Positions 52,264 to 63,153 of a stretch of DNA of 64,000 bases are shown here, piece by piece. This DNA comes from an uncultured Desulfospira sp. (lineage in GTDB: Bacteria; Desulfobacterota; Desulfobacteria; Desulfobacterales; Desulfobacteraceae). The notes under the pieces are model-generated. The model ran no database searches. It saw nothing but the letters and a program-made list of their open reading frames with translations, and had not been told where the DNA came from. Location of the stretch: contig OY760175.1 in assembly GCA_963663165.1 (NCBI GenBank), positions 5,216,001 through 5,280,000 on the forward strand, in the 5' to 3' direction. Position numbers and translations under genes: made by a program. The stretch's first letter is position 1. Every line of letters begins with the position of its first letter.

Positions 52264-54669
52264 TTAAATTCCTTCCTTGAACAGATCTTCGGACTCCAGG
52301 AAGGTTTCGGGCATCGGGGTATGTTCTGTGGGGACGGTCCCTTCCTTAAAGCATTCAAAAATGGTTTTCTGGGACGCTTCACTGGGAAGAAGGCCGGTAT
52401 CTGCATCGACTTTGGCAAACACGATGCCCTCAGGAACATTAAAGGTCTGTACCGGCTTGCCTTCCAGGGCATTGGCCATGTATTCCAGCCAGATGGGGCT
52501 TGCCGCCCTGGAGCCGCTTTCTCCCCTGCCCAGCGACTCTTCCTGGTCCAGGCCTACCCAGACGCCGGTGGTATACCGGGGCGTGTATCCCATAAACCAG
52601 GCGTCATAGAGATTATTTGTGGTCCCGGTTTTTCCTGCGGCAGGCCGTTTCAGGGCCTTGACCCGCCACCCGGTGCCGGACTGGACAACGCTTTCCAGAA
52701 GATTGGTCATGATATAGGCCGTACTCATGTCGATGACCTTTTTCCGGACCAGATCCGATGTCTCCAGAAGGTTGCCGTCCCGGTCCAGGATTTTGGTGAT
52801 AAAAACCGGTTCGATCAGATATCCCAGGTTTGAAAATACCGAATAGGCATTGACCAGTTCCAGCAGGGATACACCCGAAGATCCCAGGGCAATGGACAGG
52901 TCCCGTTTGATTTCAGAAGTGACCCCTAATTTGCGGGCATAATCAATGACATAATCAACCCCGATATCTTTTAAAATTTTGATGGTGACAATGTTTCTGG
53001 ATTTAACCAGGGCCTTTCTAAACAGGGTCGGCCCGTAAAATTTTTCATTGTAATTGTGGGGTTTCCAGACAAAATCCCGGCTCTTGTCCTCGTAGATAAT
53101 AGGAGAATCGATGATCACGGATGCTACGGTATACCCCTTGTCCAGGGCCGCGGCATAAATAATGGGCTTGAATGCAGAGCCGGGCTGCCGCCTGGACTGA
53201 TAGGCCCGGTTGAACTGGCTGTCCCTAAAATCCCTTCCCCCGATCATGGCTTTGACATGGCCGGTTTCAGATTCAATGCTTAACAGGGCCGCCTGGACCA
53301 ACGGTTCCTGGTACAATGAAAACTCGTATTCTTTGCCTTCAACAATTTCATTGGCCACCTGGACCTGGATCTGATCCCCTGCCCTGAACACCTGGGAGGG
53401 CTTTTTGACAGCCCCTTTATGGGGACCGACCCGGGGATTGGGTTTTCTGGCCCAGTCCATGGTTTCCAGGGGAATCCGTCCCTGAAAGTTTCCCACCCGG
53501 ACCAGGGTGAATTTTTTCTGGTCATCCACATCCAGAACAACGCCCGGGTAAACCTGTCCTTTTTCAAGCAGGTTTGAACCGATTTCATCGGCAATTTCTT
53601 TGCAGAATGCCTCGATTTGAAGGGCGGGAATATTTTTTGCCGCCCCCCGGTAGCCGGTCCGGCGGTCCAGTTCAATCAAGCCGTTTTTAACGGCGGTCCG
53701 GGCGATCTTCTGAAATTCGATATTGACGGCCGTATGGATTTTAAGTCCCTGGTTGTATAGGGCATCTTCCCCGTATTTTTTTTCTACGTAACGCCTGACA
53801 TGCTCGGTATAGCAGGGTACCCGTTCAATGAACCAATTTTTCCTGGGTTTGATATCGAGCTTGCGGTCAATGGCCTCGGTGACCTCAAGGTTGGTGATCA
53901 TCCCCTCTTCTTTCATCCGGTTAAGGGTGTATATCTGCCGTTGTTTGGCCCGGTCCTTATGCCTGAATGGGGAATATCGGCTCGGTGCCTGGGGAAGGCC
54001 TGCGAGCATGGCACATTCGGCCAGGTTCAGATCCTTGGCATGTTTGCCGAAATAATTTTCCGATGCCGCCTCAACCCCGTAAGCCCCGTGGCCAAGGTAG
54101 ATCTGGTTCAGGTACAAAAATAAAATCTCTTCTTTGGAAAATCTTTTTTCGATCTGGTAGGCTAAGAGGGCCTCTTTGAGTTTTCGTTTGTAGGTTCGTT
54201 CCGGGGTGAGCAAAAATGATTTGGTTACCTGCTGGGTAATGGTAGACCCCCCCTGGACAATGGTTCCGGCCTTAAAATTTTTAATGGACGCCCGGACGAT
54301 GGACTGGATGTCAATGCCGGGATGTTCCATGAACCGTGAGTCTTCTGCCGCCATAAAGGCATTGACCATGTTTTTTGGCATTTCCGATAAGGGAATAACG
54401 ATCCGTCGCTCCTTGTAAAACTCGCCAATTTTTCTGCCGTCATCGGAAAACACACTGGTGACCGTTGCCGGCCGGTAATCCGCCAAGGTATTTATTTTTG
54501 GCAGATCCTGGCTTAAATAGAAAAAAAGAAGGGCCACCCCTGTACAGGCCAGAATGGTCAACAGGATGAACAGTGCAATGCCCCACTTTAATAAAGCCAT
54601 CAAAAAACGGGGCCCTTTTTTCTTGCCCCGTTTTTTTAATACCTGGGATTTTGTTTTTTTATCGGTCAT
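52264..54669 (-). CDS. mrcA: Penicillin-binding protein 1A
   Basis: EDSRF, GGSTITQQ, RK.KE, YLN; SAFK, SRN, KTG. Confidence 0.95.
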   Translation of the reverse strand: MTDKKTKSQVLKKRGKKKGPRFLMALLKWGIALFILLTILACTGVALLFFYLSQDLPKINTLADYRPATVTSVFSDDGRKIGEFYKERRIVIPLSEMPKNMVNAFMAAEDSRFMEHPGIDIQSIVRASIKNFKAGTIVQGGSTITQQVTKSFLLTPERTYKRKLKEALLAYQIEKRFSKEEILFLYLNQIYLGHGAYGVEAASENYFGKHAKDLNLAECAMLAGLPQAPSRYSPFRHKDRAKQRQIYTLNRMKEEGMITNLEVTEAIDRKLDIKPRKNWFIERVPCYTEHVRRYVEKKYGEDALYNQGLKIHTAVNIEFQKIARTAVKNGLIELDRRTGYRGAAKNIPALQIEAFCKEIADEIGSNLLEKGQVYPGVVLDVDDQKKFTLVRVGNFQGRIPLETMDWARKPNPRVGPHKGAVKKPSQVFRAGDQIQVQVANEIVEGKEYEFSLYQEPLVQAALLSIESETGHVKAMIGGRDFRDSQFNRAYQSRRQPGSAFKPIIYAAALDKGYTVASVIIDSPIIYEDKSRDFVWKPHNYNEKFYGPTLFRKALVKSRNIVTIKILKDIGVDYVIDYARKLGVTSEIKRDLSIALGSSGVSLLELVNAYSVFSNLGYLIEPVFITKILDRDGNLLETSDLVRKKVIDMSTAYIMTNLLESVVQSGTGWRVKALKRPAAGKTGTTNNLYDAWFMGYTPRYTTGVWVGLDQEESLGRGESGSRAASPIWLEYMANALEGKPVQTFNVPEGIVFAKVDADTGLLPSEASQKTIFECFKEGTVPTEHTPMPETFLESEDLFKEGI

Positions 54670-54683
54670 TGGATTTTTGTTTG

Positions 54684-54730
54684 AAAGCTGTTAGCTGTTG
54701 GCCTTTAGCTGTCTGCCATCAGCCTTTAGC
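54684..54730. repeat. TTAGCTG heptamer array
   Basis: aaagctg-ttagctg-ttggcct-ttagctg; same start as the 52166 copy. Confidence 0.65.
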
Positions 54731-54959
54731 GGGGCCGGTGCAGCCCAAAAGCAAAGTTCTGATGGCTTTCAATCGTTAATTATGGACGAAGCGGGTTCCA
54801 AAACCCTAAGCCGTCCGTGACGGTTTATTTAAAATGCATTAGGTTTTTATCAAATTGCTCTTATAAAGGCAATAGAAGAGAATGAAGGTTGACTTTTTCA
54901 AGGATACCGGGTAATTATATCACTTTTATTATGCGCTTGAATGAGGAAAGAAAATTGCC

Positions 54960-55334
54960 ATGATATCACTTGATTTTAAAAAAACAGGGGGCCTGATTCC
55001 AGCCATTGCCCAAGACTGGGAGACTGGAGAGGTCCTGATGCTGGCTTATATGAACGAGGCATCCTTTAATGAGACGCTTAAGTCCGGCACCGCAGTTTAT
55101 TTCAGCCGGTCCCGGAACAGTTTATGGAAAAAGGGTGAGACCTCGGGCCATGTTCAGGTGGTCAAAGAGATCCGGGTGGACTGCGACCGGGATACGGTGC
55201 TACTCAAGGTTTATCAGAAAGGCGGGGCCGCATGCCACAAGGGATATAAAAGCTGTTTTTATTCAAAAGTGAACGGTGATGAATTGGAAATTACCCAATC
55301 CAAGGTGTTTAATCCTGAAGAGGTTTATAAATAG
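54960..55334 (+). CDS. hisI: Phosphoribosyl-AMP cyclohydrolase
   Basis: SRSR..LW.KGETSG, DCD.D, ACH.G..SCF. Confidence 0.96.
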   Translation: MISLDFKKTGGLIPAIAQDWETGEVLMLAYMNEASFNETLKSGTAVYFSRSRNSLWKKGETSGHVQVVKEIRVDCDRDTVLLKVYQKGGAACHKGYKSCFYSKVNGDELEITQSKVFNPEEVYK

Positions 55335-55347
55335 AGGTAAATAAATA

Positions 55348-56223
55348 ATGGAGAAGATTCTCAAGCTGGGCATTCCCAAGGGCAGCCTGCAGAACGCAAC
55401 CATCAATCTGTTTAAACGGTCCGGGTGGCAGATTAATGTGGAAGGCAGAAGCTATTTCCCGGACATCAATGATCCGAGCATCGAATGTGCCCTGTGCCGG
55501 GCCCAGGAGATGTCCATTAACGTAGAAAGCGGTGTGATAGATGCCGGGCTGACCGGCCTGGACTGGATAGCCGAACATGAGTCTGATGTTCATGTGGTGG
55601 CGGACCTGGTGTATTCAAAGGTAAGTGCAAGGCCTGCCCGATGGGTGATTGCCGTGGCCGGGGATTCCCCGGTTGAAAAAGTCGAAGACCTTGAGGGCAT
55701 GACCATTTCAACAGAGCTGGTCCAGTTTACCCGGCGGTTTTTTAAGGAAAGAAACGTCAACGTCAACGTCAAGTTTTCCTGGGGGGCCACAGAGGCCAAA
55801 ATTGTGTCAGGCCTGGCCGATGCCATTGTGGAAATCACGGAAACCGAAAGCACCATCCGGGCCCATAACCTCAAGGTGATCCATGAGGTCATGCAGACCA
55901 ACACCCAGCTGATCGCCAACAAGACCGCCTGGAAAAATTCTCAGAAACGGGAAAAAATCGAGCAGATCGCCATGCTTCTCAAAGGGGCCCTGGTGGCGGA
56001 AAAAATGGTCGGGATCAAGATGAACGTGCCCAAGGACAAGCTGTCGGACATTGTGAACCTGCTGCCCAGCCTGAACGCTCCAACCATTGCCTCCCTGTAC
56101 CAGTCGGACTGGTATTCGGTTGAGAGCATTATTGATACCGGGTATGTCCGGGATTTGATCCCCAATCTTCTCAAAGAGGGGGCGGAGGGGATTATAGAAT
56201 ACCCCCTAAACAAAGTACTTTGA
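55348..56223 (+). CDS. hisG: ATP phosphoribosyltransferase, long form
   Basis: IPKGSL, D.G.TG.D, GATE, DAIVE, C-terminal regulatory domain. Confidence 0.95.
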   Translation: MEKILKLGIPKGSLQNATINLFKRSGWQINVEGRSYFPDINDPSIECALCRAQEMSINVESGVIDAGLTGLDWIAEHESDVHVVADLVYSKVSARPARWVIAVAGDSPVEKVEDLEGMTISTELVQFTRRFFKERNVNVNVKFSWGATEAKIVSGLADAIVEITETESTIRAHNLKVIHEVMQTNTQLIANKTAWKNSQKREKIEQIAMLLKGALVAEKMVGIKMNVPKDKLSDIVNLLPSLNAPTIASLYQSDWYSVESIIDTGYVRDLIPNLLKEGAEGIIEYPLNKVL

Positions 56224-56227
56224 CGTG

Positions 56228-56352
56228 GTGTTTGAACGAATAATCACCCATCTGCTGCGTTGCAGAAAAATTTGCAATCCTCACAACCCCCGGGTTGCTC
56301 CGGTTACAAATTTTTCTACGCCTTGCATCTGGGCAATTCTTCGTCCAAACAC
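56228..56352. repeat. 125-bp structured palindromic intergenic element, copy A
   Basis: Nested imperfect stems; motifs CTGCGTTG, AATCCTC, CTCCGGTT, CGCCTTG shared with 59121-59244. Confidence 0.8.
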
Positions 56353-56457
56353 GGGTTATCTGCTATGCGCAATTTTGGTGTTAATTAACAATAAGCAGTT
56401 AGTGCTAAAGGCTAAAAGCTGAAGGCTAAAAGCTTTCCACAACGAGGTGACTTAAGA

Positions 56458-57612
56458 ATGAAGCCGGCTGATCGGTGCGGGAACATAACCCCTTTTATGG
56501 TGATGGAGGTGCTGGAGAAAATCCAGAAGATGGAGGCTCAGGGGATAGATGTGGTTCACATGGAAATCGGGGAACCTGATTTTGATGTGCCCGAATGTGT
56601 GAACCAGGCCAGTATTGAGGCCATCAAAAGAGGGGAAACCCACTATACCCACAGCTTAGGGGACATCCGGCTGCGCCAGGCCATTTGCGCTTACCACAAA
56701 AAAACATACGGGGTTGATGTGGACCCGGGCCGGATCCTGGTGACTTCAGGAACGTCCCCTGCCATGCTGCTGGTGTTCTCAGCCCTGGTCAACCCAGGGG
56801 ATGAAATTATTATTTCAGACCCCCACTATGCCTGTTATGAAAATTTTGTTCAGTATACCCAGGGAGTTCCGGTGCTGGTGCCTGTGTTTGAGGAAAACGG
56901 GTTTGTCTATACGCCCGAAGCTATCCGGGAAAAAATAACCCCCCGGACAAAGGCCATTTTTATCAACTCTCCATCCAATCCAACGGGAAACGTAATTCCT
57001 GATGAACGGATGACCCAGATCGTTGAAGTGGCCCGGGAGTACGACCTTTATATTATTTCCGATGAGATTTACCATGGCCTGACCTACGAGGGAACAGATC
57101 ATTGCATTCTTGAGTATACCGACAAGGCCTTTGTGCTCAACGGGTTTTCAAAACTGTTTGCCATGACCGGCCTTCGGCTGGGGTATGTGATTGCGCCGCC
57201 TGAGTTTATCCGGGCCCTTCAGGTGCTGCAGCAGAATTTTTTCATCTGCGCCAACTCCGTGGCCCAGTTTGCCGGGGTGGCAGCCCTGACCGGTTCGGAT
57301 AAAGAAACCGCCCGGATGCGGGAAACGTACAACACCCGCAGAAAATACATGATCAAGCGGCTCAAGGAGCTGGGGTTAGGGATCAGCGTGGAGCCTACCG
57401 GGGCGTTTTATGTGTTTGCCAATGTCAAGCACATTTCAATGGATTCCTATAACCTGGCCTTTGATATTCTGGACAAGGCCCATATCGGGGTTACCCCGGG
57501 CATTGATTTCGGGGCCAACGGGGAAGGGTATCTGCGGTTTTCTTATGCCAACTCTCTGGAAAACCTGACCATTGGGCTGGACCGGCTTGAAGCCTATCTG
57601 AAAAACGGATGA
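56458..57612 (+). CDS. PLP-dependent class I/II aminotransferase
   Basis: GEPDF, NSPSNPTG, SDEIY, GFSK.FAMTG.RLG. Confidence 0.93.
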   Translation: MKPADRCGNITPFMVMEVLEKIQKMEAQGIDVVHMEIGEPDFDVPECVNQASIEAIKRGETHYTHSLGDIRLRQAICAYHKKTYGVDVDPGRILVTSGTSPAMLLVFSALVNPGDEIIISDPHYACYENFVQYTQGVPVLVPVFEENGFVYTPEAIREKITPRTKAIFINSPSNPTGNVIPDERMTQIVEVAREYDLYIISDEIYHGLTYEGTDHCILEYTDKAFVLNGFSKLFAMTGLRLGYVIAPPEFIRALQVLQQNFFICANSVAQFAGVAALTGSDKETARMRETYNTRRKYMIKRLKELGLGISVEPTGAFYVFANVKHISMDSYNLAFDILDKAHIGVTPGIDFGANGEGYLRFSYANSLENLTIGLDRLEAYLKNG

Positions 57613-57626
57613 AGGCTAAAGGATAA

Positions 57627-58235
57627 ATGATGAAAGGCGGTATCGAGATTAAGACCGTTGAATTTTTAAAAAGCGCGGTCAAGCCATCCCAGTATCCGGA
57701 ACACGAATTCCCGGAAATCGCCTTTGCCGGCCGCTCCAACGTGGGGAAATCTTCCCTGGTCAATACCCTGGTCAGGCGAAAGGATCTGGTCAAGACCAGC
57801 TCGAAGCCCGGGTGTACCCGGCTGATTAATTTTTTTCTGGTCAATGAAAGCGTCTGTTTTGTGGACCTGCCGGGGTACGGGTATGCCAAGGTTTCCAAAA
57901 AAATTCGCGCCCAGTGGCAGCCCATGGTGGAGCGATACCTTTCCGGGCGGGAAAATCTTTACGGATTGATTCTGCTCATTGATATTCGCCGTGATCCGGG
58001 ACAAGAAGAGCTTGACCTGGCCAACTGGCTGACCAGCCACGCCATGCCCTTTCTGGTGGTGCTGACCAAGGCGGATAAATTGTCAAAGACCCAGCAGACC
58101 AAGCGGATGAACGCCATTTGTTCCCAGCTGAGCCGGGATAAAAACGGGGTGATCCTGTTTTCTTCCAAGACCCGCCAGGGCAGGGAAACCGTTTTGGATG
58201 AAATTTCAAACCTTATAGAATGGTACGAGGGATAA
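57627..58235 (+). CDS. engB: GTP-binding protein YihA/YsxC
   Basis: GRSNVGKSS, PG.T, DLPGYG, TKADK. Confidence 0.95.
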   Translation: MMKGGIEIKTVEFLKSAVKPSQYPEHEFPEIAFAGRSNVGKSSLVNTLVRRKDLVKTSSKPGCTRLINFFLVNESVCFVDLPGYGYAKVSKKIRAQWQPMVERYLSGRENLYGLILLIDIRRDPGQEELDLANWLTSHAMPFLVVLTKADKLSKTQQTKRMNAICSQLSRDKNGVILFSSKTRQGRETVLDEISNLIEWYEG

Positions 58236-58238
58236 GGG

Positions 58239-59114
58239 ATGCATTCGGGATTTGTCGGCATCATTGGCGCGCCCAATGCGGGAAAATCCACCCTGCTTAA
58301 CCAGGTGCTGGGACAGAAAATTTCCATCACATCCCAAAAACCCCAGACCACCCGGGACCGGATTTTAGGGGTCGTAAACCGGCCCGAATCCCAGATTATC
58401 TTTGTGGACACCCCGGGAATTCACAAGGCCACCAGTTTGCTCAACCAGAGGATCGTCGATCAGGCCGTGTCTGCCCTTGAAGACGTAGATTTGATTTTGC
58501 TGGTGGTTGACGCCGTATCCCGGAATTATTCATCGGAGAAATTTATTTTGTCCCGGCTCGCCAAAGCCGCCAAACCGGTCATTCTGGCGCTGAACAAAAT
58601 TGACCTTGCCAAAAAGGCCGATGTGTTTGAGTTGGCGCGAAAATTTCAGGAATTGTTTGAATTCAAATCTGTTATTCCCATATCGGCCAGGGAAAATGTC
58701 CAGGTGGAAACCCTGCTCAACGAGGTTGAGGCAGGCCTGCCTGAAGGGCCCATGCTGTTCCCGGAAGATACCCTTACCGATGTTTCCGAAAAATTTATGG
58801 TTAAAGAAATCATCCGGGAAAAGGTGTTTCGCCTGACCGGGATGGAGATCCCTTACTCATCTGCCGTGACCGTGGATGCATTTGAGGTGGAAAAAAAGCT
58901 GATTGTGATCCATGCCAGTATCCATGTGGAAAGAAATTCACAAAAGGGCATCATTATCGGGAAGAAAGGGACCATGCTCACCCGGATCGGCTCTGCCGCC
59001 AGAAAGGATATGGAGCCCATGCTCGGGTCTAAGGTGCTGCTAAAGCTTTTTGTCAAGGTTTCGAAAGACTGGGTGGGGAATGCAAGGTTACTAAACGAAT
59101 TCGGCTACAAATAA
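58239..59114 (+). CDS. era: GTPase Era
   Basis: G.PNAGKST, QTTR, DTPG, NKID, KH domain IIGKKG. Confidence 0.96.
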   Translation: MHSGFVGIIGAPNAGKSTLLNQVLGQKISITSQKPQTTRDRILGVVNRPESQIIFVDTPGIHKATSLLNQRIVDQAVSALEDVDLILLVVDAVSRNYSSEKFILSRLAKAAKPVILALNKIDLAKKADVFELARKFQELFEFKSVIPISARENVQVETLLNEVEAGLPEGPMLFPEDTLTDVSEKFMVKEIIREKVFRLTGMEIPYSSAVTVDAFEVEKKLIVIHASIHVERNSQKGIIIGKKGTMLTRIGSAARKDMEPMLGSKVLLKLFVKVSKDWVGNARLLNEFGYK

Positions 59115-59120
59115 CGATGG

Positions 59121-59244
59121 GAAAAACGTCCAATTTTGCCCAATTTCTGCGTTGGAAGAAAATTTTAATCCTCGGAATACTCACGGTATGCCTCCGGTTA
59201 AAATTTTCTTCCGCCTTGAACTTGAACAAAATTGAACGTTTTTC
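59121..59244. repeat. 124-bp structured palindromic intergenic element, copy B
   Basis: gaaaaacgtccaattttg / caaaattgaacgtttttc and ggaagaaaattttaatc / ggttaaaattttcttcc stems; same loop motifs as copy A. Confidence 0.8.
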
Positions 59245-59308
59245 TTCGAGGCTTTGAAGTAACAGCCAACAGCTAACAGCTAAAAGCTTAAAAGGGAATA
59301 ATCTGACA

Positions 59309-59632
59309 GTGTCATCTAAGGGCAGGCAGGAACGGTTTCCGAGTTTCGGGGACGAATCTGCCATTAAGAGGGAACGGGATAAGGCAAGGAAGCTGCGGGC
59401 AAGTCAGTGGTGGAAGCGGAAGCGGTCTGCCGGCATTTGCCATTATTGCGGGAAGACCTTTCCACCGGCAGAGCTGACCATGGATCATGCCATTCCCCTG
59501 GCCCGGGGCGGCCGGTCTGAAAAGTTTAACCTGGTCCCCTGCTGCAAGGAATGCAATACCCAGAAACAGCGCCTGCTTCCCTATGAATGGGAGGCGTATA
59601 TGGAATCGTTAACAAAACAGGGGGAAGAATAA
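59309..59632 (+). CDS. Small HNH endonuclease
   Basis: CHYC, TMDH..P..RGG, N.V.CC..CN..K. Confidence 0.88.
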   Translation: MSSKGRQERFPSFGDESAIKRERDKARKLRASQWWKRKRSAGICHYCGKTFPPAELTMDHAIPLARGGRSEKFNLVPCCKECNTQKQRLLPYEWEAYMESLTKQGEE

Positions 59633-59648
59633 ATTCTTCCCCCTGTTT
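59615..59648. terminator. Probable bidirectional terminator
   Basis: aaacagggggaagaat / attcttccccctgttt between convergent genes. Confidence 0.65.
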
Positions 59649-59681
59649 GAATTTGGAACAATCTAACGTTCAAACATCATT

Positions 59682-60470
59682 TTATTTTTTGCTGCACAGC
59701 CTGTGAACGGTTTGCGCATGCCATTCGCCACGGCCGGAAAAGGTGGGTTGCCCCAGGTCAATCAGCCGTTTGGCAACCTGATCAAAGGTCGCGCCCTGGT
59801 CCCGCATGGTATAGATAATATCCATGACTTCATCCCGGCCCATCAACTCTGCACTGTTCTCGGCAGGGGTGTTATCAGGGATTTTAATTTTCCGCACAGC
59901 GGTGTTTTTTCTTCTGCGCAGCACCTGTTTCGTTTTTTGGGGCTGGGGAGCTGCAAATAGGCTGGCCGGTGTTTCTTCTACCGGTTCGCGCTCGTCTTCA
60001 ATAGCTTCCGGTTCTTCCTCATAGACCTCTTCCTGGGAGCTGGAGTAGTGGTTTGCAAATTCAGGAGCGGAATCGGTTTCCGCTAACAGGGGCATGTTGA
60101 GGTGATTGACAATCCTTTCAACAGCAATGGCCAGCCGTTCAAGATTCTCAGCTGTCCGGTCCTGGATGCTGGCCATATATTCCTGGGTCCTGACAAGGGT
60201 CTCAACATGGGAGGCCAGGTTTTCAATGGTATCGGCAAGCAACGCAGTTTCTTCAATGGGCATTTCGTTGCCTCCCTGATGGGGCGCGGCAGGTGGCGAC
60301 TGCCGTTTCATGGGCGGCTGGGGGGGCCTGTTGTAAGGATTGCTCCCATAGGGATGAAATCTCGGGCTGCTGGTGTGATGATAAGGATTATTATCGTAAG
60401 TTTTTCTCGTTTTCTGGGTCCTCTGTTTTTCAGCTTGTCCGTTACGCAAGCTTTGCAGGAAATCGTTCAT
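59682..60470 (-). CDS. Hypothetical protein: low-complexity region, coiled coil and recombinase-like DNA-binding tail
   Basis: AAGGAGG RBS; C-terminal R..G.T..QVA..L...G.PT..G..W...TV. Confidence 0.75.
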   Translation of the reverse strand: MNDFLQSLRNGQAEKQRTQKTRKTYDNNPYHHTSSPRFHPYGSNPYNRPPQPPMKRQSPPAAPHQGGNEMPIEETALLADTIENLASHVETLVRTQEYMASIQDRTAENLERLAIAVERIVNHLNMPLLAETDSAPEFANHYSSSQEEVYEEEPEAIEDEREPVEETPASLFAAPQPQKTKQVLRRRKNTAVRKIKIPDNTPAENSAELMGRDEVMDIIYTMRDQGATFDQVAKRLIDLGQPTFSGRGEWHAQTVHRLCSKK

Positions 60471-60786
60471 ATTATGTATATCCTCCTTGGGAATTTAAAC
60501 TCACCCGACAGACAATATTATAGGTGAGGATTGTTTCCTTGCTATTCCAATTCTTTTTATAAATAGGGGGGGGTAAATCGGTAAACTTTTTAAAAACGCC
60601 CCTTGAAAAATGTTGGTAGTTATCAGCTTTTTTTCGGTACTTGTCAAGAATTTTTTTTTGACGATTTTGGTAAACGGCAAGGGGATGGATGGCGAAGGCG
60701 GTTTGCTGAAGCGCTCTAAGTTGTAAATCCAGAGTCTTTGTGATATTTTTCAGTCCTTCAATAACATTTAATAATAAGGATTTAAA

Positions 60787-61203
60787 ATGGTTGAGAATAA
60801 AAATTACACGGTTCCCTTTAAAATTGATTCCCCGGATGTGGTCCGTGCAGACCTGCTTGAACCCATTGAATATGCTTATAAATCCAAACGAAGCATTGAT
60901 ATCAGGATTACCCAGCCCGAATACACATCGGTCTGCCCCATGACCGGCCTTCCGGATAATGGGTGCATTATGATTGAATACCGGCCGGACCAGTATATTG
61001 TGGAGCTGAAATCCCTGAAATATTACCTGCTTCAGTACCGGAACGTGGGGATGTTCTATGAACACGTTGTCAACAAGATCCTTGACGATCTGGTTCAAAG
61101 AATTCAGCCGTTGAGCATGAAAGTCACCGGGGAATTCACCCCCAGGGGCGGGATCAGTTCCCTTGCGACTGCGATATATGAAAAAAATGATGTCGTATCA
61201 TGA
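60787..61203 (+). CDS. queF: preQ0 reductase QueF (type I)
   Basis: PEYTSVCPMTGLPD, ELKSLKYY, F.PRGG. Confidence 0.94.
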   Translation: MVENKNYTVPFKIDSPDVVRADLLEPIEYAYKSKRSIDIRITQPEYTSVCPMTGLPDNGCIMIEYRPDQYIVELKSLKYYLLQYRNVGMFYEHVVNKILDDLVQRIQPLSMKVTGEFTPRGGISSLATAIYEKNDVVS

Positions 61204-61243
61204 ATACTTTTCATGATACCACTCGATTTATAAAATTTCGGTC

Positions 61244-62224
61244 CTAAGCGTCCCGCTGATTTGAAAGTTCCTGTTCAAAAGCGTGTATCAAATCGAGGGC
61301 ATGGTTCAACGATTGGATTGAAGACAGCCGGTGCCTGAAAGCCGAACAGCCCGGCATCCCCCTGACAAACCAGGACAGCCTGCCCCTGAGCATTTTACAG
61401 GCAGGCTCCTGCCCAAAATAGGCCACGGTTTCCCGGGCAAGATTTTCCATGGCGCGAAAGATTTCCCCCCTGCCCGGACGCGGGTAAGCCCCGGTAGACA
61501 GGAAATCGTCAATCTGTGACAACAAAAAGGGGTTCGCCATGGCTGCCCTTCCCACCATCACGGCGTCACATCCGGTCTGGGAAATCATCCTGCGGGCATC
61601 TTCAGCGCAAAGAATATCCCCATTTCCGATCACCGGGATCGACACGGTTTCCTTTATTTTACGGATGATATCCCAGTCGGCTTTTCCCCGGAACGCCTGG
61701 GTTGCGGTCCGGGGGTGTACGATGATGGCATTCACCCCCTGATCCTGGGCCATGAGCGACAGGTCCCTGGCCTGAATTCCGGATTTGTCCCACCCGGACC
61801 TTATTTTAATGGTAAAGGGCAGGGTTGTGGCCTTTCGTACAGCCCTGATAATATCCCGGGCAAGGCCCGGTTCCTTCATAAGGGCAACACCGGCCCCCTG
61901 TTTAATCACTTTTTTAACGCTGCACCCAAAGTTGATGTCAATGATATCGGCATGGCCGGTCTGCTCCACTGCCCTTGCCGCAAAGGCCATGGATTCAGGG
62001 TCAGCTCCGAAAATCTGGATGGAAAAGGGCGTTTCATCCTCACTGGTATCCATAAGGACCCGGGTTTTCTTAGAATCGTAAAAAAGGCCTTTGGCGCTGA
62101 TCATCTCAGAGCAGACCACGCTGCACCCATACCCTTTGACCAGGCGCCTGAAGGGCCGGTTGGTGATGCCGGCCAACGGGGCCAGAAAGGTTTTTCCGGT
62201 GATGGTTAAATGGTGTATGTTCAT
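61244..62224 (-). CDS. dusB: tRNA-dihydrouridine synthase B
   Basis: LAPLAG.T, QIFG, DINFGC, KIRSGW, HPRT, NGDI. Confidence 0.92.
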   Translation of the reverse strand: MNIHHLTITGKTFLAPLAGITNRPFRRLVKGYGCSVVCSEMISAKGLFYDSKKTRVLMDTSEDETPFSIQIFGADPESMAFAARAVEQTGHADIIDINFGCSVKKVIKQGAGVALMKEPGLARDIIRAVRKATTLPFTIKIRSGWDKSGIQARDLSLMAQDQGVNAIIVHPRTATQAFRGKADWDIIRKIKETVSIPVIGNGDILCAEDARRMISQTGCDAVMVGRAAMANPFLLSQIDDFLSTGAYPRPGRGEIFRAMENLARETVAYFGQEPACKMLRGRLSWFVRGMPGCSAFRHRLSSIQSLNHALDLIHAFEQELSNQRDA

Positions 62225-63153
62225 TGGACTTTAGATTGTTTTATGGCCATGTCCCTGCCGGTATTGGCGTAACAGAACAGGCAGTTGTGGTAACAGGGAT
62301 GGTCCTCATAGGACCCAACGTCAATTGATCTTCTACACCGGCACCCTTTTTTGTATCGCTGGCCGTAATCCCTTCCTAGGTCTAACTCACCGCCATGAAT
62401 TTCTTTTAACAGGGGACCGTCAATACAGGCATTTTCTTTTATCCCGCTTACCCCTTTCTTTTCAGCAGCCTGAAACAGATCCGGTTCACAGCAAAGAAAA
62501 AGCCCGATGTTTAACGGTTCAAGAACGGCGGCCATCCGCTGGATAACGGTGATTTTTGTTTCAAGGCCCGGCTCCATAAATTGAATGTCAGCGGCATCAC
62601 TGCCCCTGGCATGCCGGATCCGGTTTTCAACCTTTTTATAGGGATCGTAAAAACTGGTCACGCATTTGGGGATTTTTAATTTTGCGGCAAACCGGGCGAT
62701 AGCCGGAAAGTCTTCAAGATTGTTGTGGATGTTCCCCCGGCAGTCTTTAAAAAAACAGACCGGGTCAAACCGCCAGGCGATTTGCCGGGGATCATACCGG
62801 TCCGCCAACAGGGCAAGTTGTTCTAAACGGCTCTCAAGACAGGGGATGAGGGGTTCGAGAACAGGGGCGGTCGAGTTGATGGTGAAGTTAAAATACAGTT
62901 TATAGCCCAGGTTCGTCAGGGTCTGATCCGCCTTTAGATCCAGAAAAGGGGCGTAGTTTTTAGACCAGAGGACAATGGAATGAATTTTGTCGGGGGAAAC
63001 CGGGACAGTCCGGACTTTTCGGGTATAAGGATTTTTAATGTTAAACCGCCCCTTTTGAATCCGGTCCAGAAACCAGGGGGTATACCATCCCGGGATGTCG
63101 GTCCGCCTGGATGCAGACAGTATCCTTGGTTTTTCCCTGCCGGTATCAGTCAT
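62221..63153 (-). CDS. DUF1848 family protein
   Basis: [25 protein letters not shown]...C.H.C.FCYA. Confidence 0.9.
   Translation of the reverse strand: MTDTGREKPRILSASRRTDIPGWYTPWFLDRIQKGRFNIKNPYTRKVRTVPVSPDKIHSIVLWSKNYAPFLDLKADQTLTNLGYKLYFNFTINSTAPVLEPLIPCLESRLEQLALLADRYDPRQIAWRFDPVCFFKDCRGNIHNNLEDFPAIARFAAKLKIPKCVTSFYDPYKKVENRIRHARGSDAADIQFMEPGLETKITVIQRMAAVLEPLNIGLFLCCEPDLFQAAEKKGVSGIKENACIDGPLLKEIHGGELDLGRDYGQRYKKGCRCRRSIDVGSYEDHPCYHNCLFCYANTGRDMAIKQSKVQ

Noticed and set aside
59309..59632. HNH nuclease as a defence or mobile system
   Set aside because: A single small gene in a housekeeping operon with no partner genes or mobility signs.
60540..60786. preQ1 riboswitch upstream of queF
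   Set aside because: No recognisable stem-loop plus A-rich tail consensus.
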